The position numbers and the translations under genes are program-made. From the NCBI GenBank assembly GCA_009602725.1, contig WELB01000011.1, forward strand, positions 1,205,595 to 1,225,594: a DNA stretch of 20,000 bases, read 5' to 3'. The DNA is from Spirogloea muscicola. Lineage: Eukaryota. A model generated the notes under the pieces. That model saw only the letters and a program-made list of their open reading frames with translations, made no database searches and was not told where the DNA came from. Position 1 is the stretch's first letter. Each line of letters opens with the position of its first letter. Shown piece after piece: positions 14,054 to 20,000 of this stretch.

Positions 14054-16200
14054 ATGGGCAAGGACCCGTCCTCCTCCCAGAACGTGCTCAAGCTCCCCAA
14101 GGACATGCGCGGCCGCTGGTCGTCCGACAGGCAGGCCCTCGGCACCTCGACCGTAGTCGCGCATCTGCCGCGATTACTCAAAGCTGCGCCTTGCTTGTTG
14201 CGGCCATGTGTGCGGCATGCTGGGTGCTGGTCCTTCCTTGAGAATGTTGACGGGCTGCGTCGTGATCACAGTCGATCGGAGCCTGTTTTCGTGAGGACCC
14301 ATCATTGAGCATGACCTCGGCTGCAGCTCAGCACTGTGCCTCGACTGCAGGTACAGAGCAGCACAGCTGAAGCTCGTGGACATCATGCACGCACGCGCAG
14401 CGACGCCTCAGAAGCCCATCTTGCGGCCGCTGCTTCGCGACGAGGCGCGCAAGCACATTGGCGACACCGGCCTTCTGGATCACCTGCTCAAGCACATGAC
14501 CGACACCGTCGTCGGCTCTGGCGAGCGCTTCCGTAGACGTCACAACACGGAGGGCGCCATGGAGTACTGGCTGGAGGCTGCTGACCTCATGGGGCTACGC
14601 CAGGTGACAAGTTGTTGCTCTACTGTCAACAACAGCTGCAGCTAGTTGACATGCACATGAAATAGCGGCACAATGTAGTAAAGCAATAGCTGTGCATATC
14701 AGAAGCTGCAGATCTTGCCTACACAGCTTCTTGGAGGGCTTGATCACGCACGTTGCACTGCTCTGCTTCTCTGATGGATCTGCCCGCAGAGTGGCAACCA
14801 CCCATTCAGCAGCTTTTAACGCTGCCCACTGCCACCTGCCAGAAAAATGGTATCTTGGACCAGTTGTGGGTGCCTCCTCCTGGCTGGCGTCCGGGGCACC
14901 ACCCATATGGACACTGCAGTGGGAACTGCAGCAGCGGGAAGCAGGTGATGAGCACGAGGGTGGCGGCTGCGCCATCATTGACATCAGGTGCAGATGGTGG
15001 GGCCCTCTCTGACCTGGAGTGGCGGCTGACGGAAATGCAGGATGAAATGACAGCACACAGCGAGGTATGTGGCTGCCACTGATGCAAGCACTCTCGGCTG
15101 ACACACTTCATATTAGCCTTGGATCTGAGTGATGGTGCAATTTATGACCTTGGTTGATGCTGTAAGCAGCTTGTGAAGAAGGAAATGGAGGTGGTGAAAG
15201 GGGAGCTTTCAACCCTGCAGGAGCGCTGCGCTATGCTGCAGAATGACCTTGATGCATTGGAGAACTGCCGCAAGGTAAGAAGGCGGTAGCTTGCAGTATG
15301 CAGGCTGCTGAAGCAGGCTCAATCGACTCCTCTGTTAATGCGTGCCTGCTAAAGAGGACCTACTTGACTAAGGCTGTTTTGCATGGCTCTTCCAATCAAT
15401 AGACCCACAAGTAACAAATCCTTCGAGATCTCTCATGTCACCACAAAAGCCTTCGGGTGCTCTTTCATCCACGACTGTCAGCGTGATGAGAAGGAAAGGC
15501 GAGAGAAGCAGAAAGCGCTACTGTTCAAGCTGTCCCCTGCCATCTTGAAAGTAAGAGACTGATTTGACGATATTGTGCCTACTTTTGAGTGAATGCATAG
15601 ACTTGTGAACTCGCGAGTAGGCAGCTGACGTTTTGTGCCAAGGTCTTTGCCAACTTGTTCAAGCTTGTGGATGTCACACTTGGCAGGTCCAAGAGCGAGT
15701 TGCTGGTCTGCAGCATGACGACCCTCAGCAAACGGCAGAGCTTGTCTCTCAGGTGCTTGCCAGGTAAACCTCACACCTTTGACAAAGATTGTGTTACCAC
15801 GGATGGCACCTTGGACAACTCATGTGTGCTCTTGTCAAGACAATGTGTTGGTGGTTGTTCGAAGACCAGTCTTTCCATCCTGAGAGTGGTGGTGTTGAGT
15901 AAGTTGAATGTCTCAACGTACAAGATGGTAAAAGCCAAAAATATTACCGAACTGTCACACTGTTACAGCGTGGGACTAACTATGATGTGGAAGGTGAAGC
16001 GCACATGCAGGTACGCCTGGCCTCCTCCTTAAGTCTGCCCCGCACTGTCTGAGCTTGTCTCGAAACGACTCCGGGTGCTCCAGATACAACTCATTGAAGG
16101 GCATCACACTGCTGTCAGCGCAGCTGGAAGCCTGGATAACGGAATAGGTCACAATTCCTCCATGCAAGATCCCACCAACTGCAGATCTCCCCAACTCTAA
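14054..16200 (+). CDS. DYAD: DYAD/SWITCH1/AMEIOTIC1-family meiotic cohesion/entry regulator, about 300 aa; start and last two exons uncertain
   Basis: Exons 14054-14130 (GC donor), 14351-14603, 14843-15064, 15170-15274, 15482-15550, tentatively 15687-15752 and 16084-16200. The spliced product contains RWSSDRYRAAQLKLVDIM...PILRPLLRDEARKHIGDTGLLDHLLKHM...ERFRRRHNTEGAMEYWLE..DL..LRQKNGILDQLWVPPPGWRPG, the conserved SWI1/AM1 core, followed by a predicted coiled coil (LVKKEMEVVKGELSTLQERCAMLQNDLDALE). Confidence 0.9.
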
Positions 16201-16338
16201 TCGTCTGAGTATGACTGCGTAGTATAAGGTGCCATCCCATCAACCCCTTCGTACGGCACGAGTTGCCACCACTGCTCCTCTCTTACAGTAGGGTAGCATC
16301 AAGCTCAGGCCTGGTGCGAGCAACTTGGCAAGGTGTGG

Positions 16339-16373
16339 TAGTGCGTGAATAGTGCGTGGTAGTGCGTGGATAG
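16339..16373. repeat. Short tandem repeat, 3 copies of TAGTGCGTG(G/AA)
   Basis: tagtgcgtgaa tagtgcgtgg tagtgcgtgga tag, between the convergent gene ends. Confidence 0.75.
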
Positions 16374-16701
16374 CTCTCTTGAGAAATTCAGGTCACGAAT
16401 GCCTGTAGCAGCCACGTGCTGTTGACAGTGACATCTGCTTGGCTATTGTGAGGACAACAGCCCTGGGAGCATTGCGCGATCGTCTTTCATGCCAGCTGGG
16501 AAGCTGATCTACAACATGCTTCACGCTTGATGCTTCCAGAGTTTAGAGATGCTCCAATAGTCTATCAAAGAACCCAGCAAAGACTCCTAGGTTTGAGTAA
16601 GGGCAATACTTGAAGACATAACTCCGGTCAAGGCTAAGAGCTTTAGCTGCAAGTAGACCACAAGCAGGACACAACTCGGTTTTACAGTCCTCTCACATCA
16701 A

Positions 16702-19700
16702 TCAAGTATGCAGGTGTTTCAAGAATCTGACAAGAGCAAGGGGATGAAAATGATAAAAATGATTCTGAGAAACAACCAGCGCTCCTGCCTTTGCAGTCAT
16801 GCATGATGGCCAGCAGATTTGACCATAACAGCAGCACCATGCAACACTGCACTTCACAGGGTAATCCTCTGCATAGATTCTACGGTCGAGTCCAAGGAGG
16901 TAGAATGAGAAGGATGTGTGGTTGCTCTGCATGACTGCCCTGGTGATGGGCACCGCCCTGAGGATGTGACGCTCGCACAACAACCGGGCGCCCTTAGGTA
17001 TTGCTGGCCTCTCGGCCAGTACCTGATGCACGGTCACAGACGAAGGGCAAAGCTGTTTGGCACCGAAATGAAGTAGTAAAAGAGCATATAAACATCAGCA
17101 ATATCTCACAGGTGCAGGTCAGATTTTACAGCCTCTCCTGCAATCTGAGACCGACTTCTTGCCAGAAAACATCAGTGGAGACAACAGCATCTGCCAATTG
17201 CCTGATTGGAAATAAGGTTTCAGCTGAGCAACTGCTCACATCAGCATCCATTTCAAAGTTGGGTACACAAAACCTTTGCAGGTTTGCTAGAGAGTTGAAT
17301 GCTACCTTGGCAGACAAGCTGGAAAGTCGACTGCTCCCTGGGAAGAGAGCGGGGGCACAAGGGAGGGCCTGCATCTTGAAGAGCTCCGTGCCTCTGGCAT
17401 GCTTCACCACCCATTCCGGCACTTTCACGCCCTTGGCAGGGTTGCTCACTCGAGTCCGTGACAGATTGGTCCTGTGAAGGCAAGCCGATAGAGTCGAGTG
17501 TATCATTCAGAGGCTGGGTTTGGAGTGGCTCATCTCCATAAGAATGGTCTCACTGCCAGAGCTGTGTATACTGAAAGGTCCGGGCCAGATGGAGGATCGG
17601 GACCTTCTGTCTAAGCTGGCAAAGTGCTTGCATCAGCAACATAGTGCATCAATTGTCCATCATGTGCCCAAGGCAGTAACTATGTGCCCTCATGCTTGCT
17701 TACCAGGACACAATGAGCACCCTTCGAGTGATGACTGACCCTAGTCCCCGACAGGGAGGGCATCGCACTTTCTTCCGCGACTTGCACTTTGCACAGAGCA
17801 CCATGCCACTGCCACTGCAGTGCTGGCATCCAAGATTGAAGTATGCCCACATTCTGCAGGAAATGCTTTACTGAGTACATCTCAGTCGGGCACTTGAACA
17901 CATTCAATTGCCGTCCATGCTGGACGCCTCGTGAGAATAAAGAGTGGTAACAGATTGAGCCACTTCTAGTAGACAGAGATAAAGGCAAGGAACTCAAAAT
18001 CAATTTCCAGACTTGCTGCTACATCTAGACACAAGCTACAAGGCCTTCTCCTTCAAGAAACTCTCGGAGGACCTAAAGCACCTCTCAAGTGCGGAGGCGT
18101 CGCTATGTGAGAGTGTCCTCCCTGTGCCCTTACAGTAAATACACTTCTTCATTCCGTCCGTTGTGAAGCAGTTGCTGCATGGCAGCTCGCCCTTCCCGAT
18201 GCACTCTGCACGCCAATAAAGACAGGCCTCTGTCATGCCCCTGTAGCATTAAGTCATGGTCGGCACTTCCAACTTACCTACGTCACCTAAGAAAGGTTCC
18301 AGTGCAATTTATATATGATTGTAGAAGACATTTTGCTGATAAGAGGCATCTGCCAGTGCTTACAACTCGTCGAACAAAGTGAGTGCAAACTTGCACTTTG
18401 GCATGTCTCTTTGTAGGAGAAGCATCACGGTGAAGCCACGTGAAAAAGGTGCGACAAGCATATGGTTATTTGCAGGGTGACGAGCTCCAGCACAAGGCCC
18501 ACAATGTGGATGCGGAAGTTGGAGTGAAAACCAACCTGGACAGCGTACTACAGACTCAGAGTGAGGAAGCCTGAGGCGAGCTTCTCCGGTCTGAAACAGC
18601 TCTGGTGCTAGCCCGACAACGGAGACATCCCAGGGGCCTGGGATGGCGCCTTGCGCCTCGCCGTCCACAGGGGCCCCGGTATACGGCTCCCTCTCCTGCA
18701 CGACTTTCCTCGTCTCCACAAAGCTCTCCAGCGTGCCCGTATATGCACAAAAGTCGTCGACCCTGCGAAAGTTCCAAGCCCTGGCTGGCCTTGGGTCCCA
18801 GCAGCATCGCTGTTTGACATACTGTAAGAGCACGTCACGAAGCTCCTCCTCCCTCAACGTCAGCTCGCTGTGCCAGCACACAACAGGAACAGGGCTTCAG
18901 CAGACGCAGCATGCTGGCCAGAGCTGGCAGTGGTGAGTATGTTGGCAAGCTTGCACATGCTGAGAAGCAAGGAGTGTGTGGTTCTTATACTGGGACTCCA
19001 TTAAAGACTTTCTTTGTCACAGGAGCATCAGTGCACTTCAATAGAGGCTGCCAGTGCAGATATGCGCATCAAGAGGGCAGCACTTGCTTGAGCAGATGCT
19101 GCCACAGCCCAGGCAACTGCAGCATTCGCCCACCCGGATGTCCAGTGGTGAAGCTTGCTGGACGAGCTGGACGAGAAGGAGTCGGAGCTGGGGCTTTCTC
19201 CGAGCGAGCCCCTACTCGTCATTCGCTTCTCAGGTGGGGCGGCGGCGGCGCTGTCAGCGGGCCGATGGTCCAGCAGCCCGGCCTCCTCGTCACCCGAGGG
19301 GAGGTCCAGGCGGCCCCAGAACCTCGGGCTCTTGGCCTCGTCGGCCAGCGCTCCCGGGGGCGCCGGCGAGCCCGGCGGGAACTGGCCGGCGTAGCGCGGC
19401 CTGTCTTCCTCGACATCCACGTCGCCTGGTGCAGCAATGGCGAGACAGCTGGCAATTTCTGAAAAGTTGGTTTGAGAACTATTACTAGGCAACTGAGCTA
19501 ATTTACGTTCATGTAACTTGCTTCTGCTACCTAGTATAAGAGACACTATTTAGCCCGCATTGGGATACTGAGTAGAAGGCAGCAACTGGCACTGTTCAGC
19601 GCTTGGTCGAGGCAGCACTTGAGCTGCCACTGACGGACAGCACTGCCACTGCAAAGCAATGCCGTCGTCGGCGCAGCGGCAGCGTCGTGGCACTGGACGG

Positions 19701-19952
19701 CACGCAGAGAGGGCATGGCCCTGCATTCGCCTGACCTGTCGAGCTCCAGGGCTGCAGGAACGCTGGCAGGCAGGAGCTGTTGGCGGCGGCGGGCGCGTCG
19801 GCGGCGGCGTCGCGGCAGTGGCCCGCGGAGGAGAGGGCGCTCGGGTGGTGGGACTGGGACTTGTGCAGCCGCAGCTGGGCGCCGGTGGAGAACGCCGCGG
19901 GGCAGGCGGCGCACGTGAACTTGGGCAGCAGCTGCTCGCCGGCGCCGCCCAT
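16702..19952 (-). CDS. SSUH2: SSUH2 homolog (DnaJ-type CxxCxGxG zinc-finger protein) with an N-terminal C2H2 finger; 7 exons, 544 aa as modelled
   Basis: Minus-strand GT-AG exons 19952-19736, 19458-19134, 18867-18536, 18205-18082, 17853-17704, 17471-17306, 17022-16702 total 1635 nt with all phases matching. Motifs: EEELRDVLLQYVKQRCCW..PAR, YTGTLESFVETR, PYTGAPVDG..PGPWDV, LPHSESVVRCPECIGKG, CIYCKGTG, CQHCSGSG, CPPCRGLG..VLIVSW, ARLLCERHILRAVPITR, FYLLGLDRRIYAEDYP..CCC. The ATG is in GCCATGG context, but the frame stays open to the window edge. Linkage of exons 1-2 to the SSUH2 core rests on splice-phase fit only. Confidence 0.88.
19848..19919 (-). other. Canonical C2H2 zinc-finger motif
   Basis: FTCAACPAAFSTGAQLRLHKSQSH matches F-x-C-x2-C-x3-F-x5-L-x2-H-x4-H. 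Confidence 0.85.
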
Positions 19953-20000
19953 GGCTGCCGCCGCCGCCGCCACCAGCCGCGGCGACCTTCGCGGCGCAGC

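Noticed and set aside
14351..14603. MMD1/MS1 PHD-finger family assignment (shares HIGDTGLLD)
   Set aside because: DHLLKHM, RFRRRHN..GAMEYWLE and WVPPPGW fit DYAD/AM1, and no PHD finger was found downstream.
19596..19735. Second zinc finger (CPLC...H) in ORF 19596-19973
   Set aside because: Spacing is non-canonical and it lies within the predicted first intron of the SSUH2-like gene.

Overview
Intron-rich eukaryotic genomic DNA with plant-like proteins, most consistent with a green or streptophyte alga (organism inferred, not determined). Three spliced genes were reconstructed by hand. (1) A 20-exon WDR6/Trm734-like WD40 gene (+, 662-10077) with an apparent 1-nt frameshift in exon 6. (2) A compact DYAD/SWI1/AMEIOTIC1-family meiotic gene (+, about 14054-16200). 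(3) An SSUH2-like DnaJ-type zinc-finger gene (-, 19952-16702) whose first exon adds a canonical C2H2 zinc finger. Between WDR6 and the DYAD-like gene lies a ~3.3 kb degenerate repeat block with about 10 GGCTG-N7-9-CAGCC mini-hairpins in both orientations, a fold-back, flanking ~105-bp direct repeats and a 480-bp (CT)n tract ending at an N. GC-AG introns and AAG acceptors recur. All homology calls come from recalled motifs; no searches were run.
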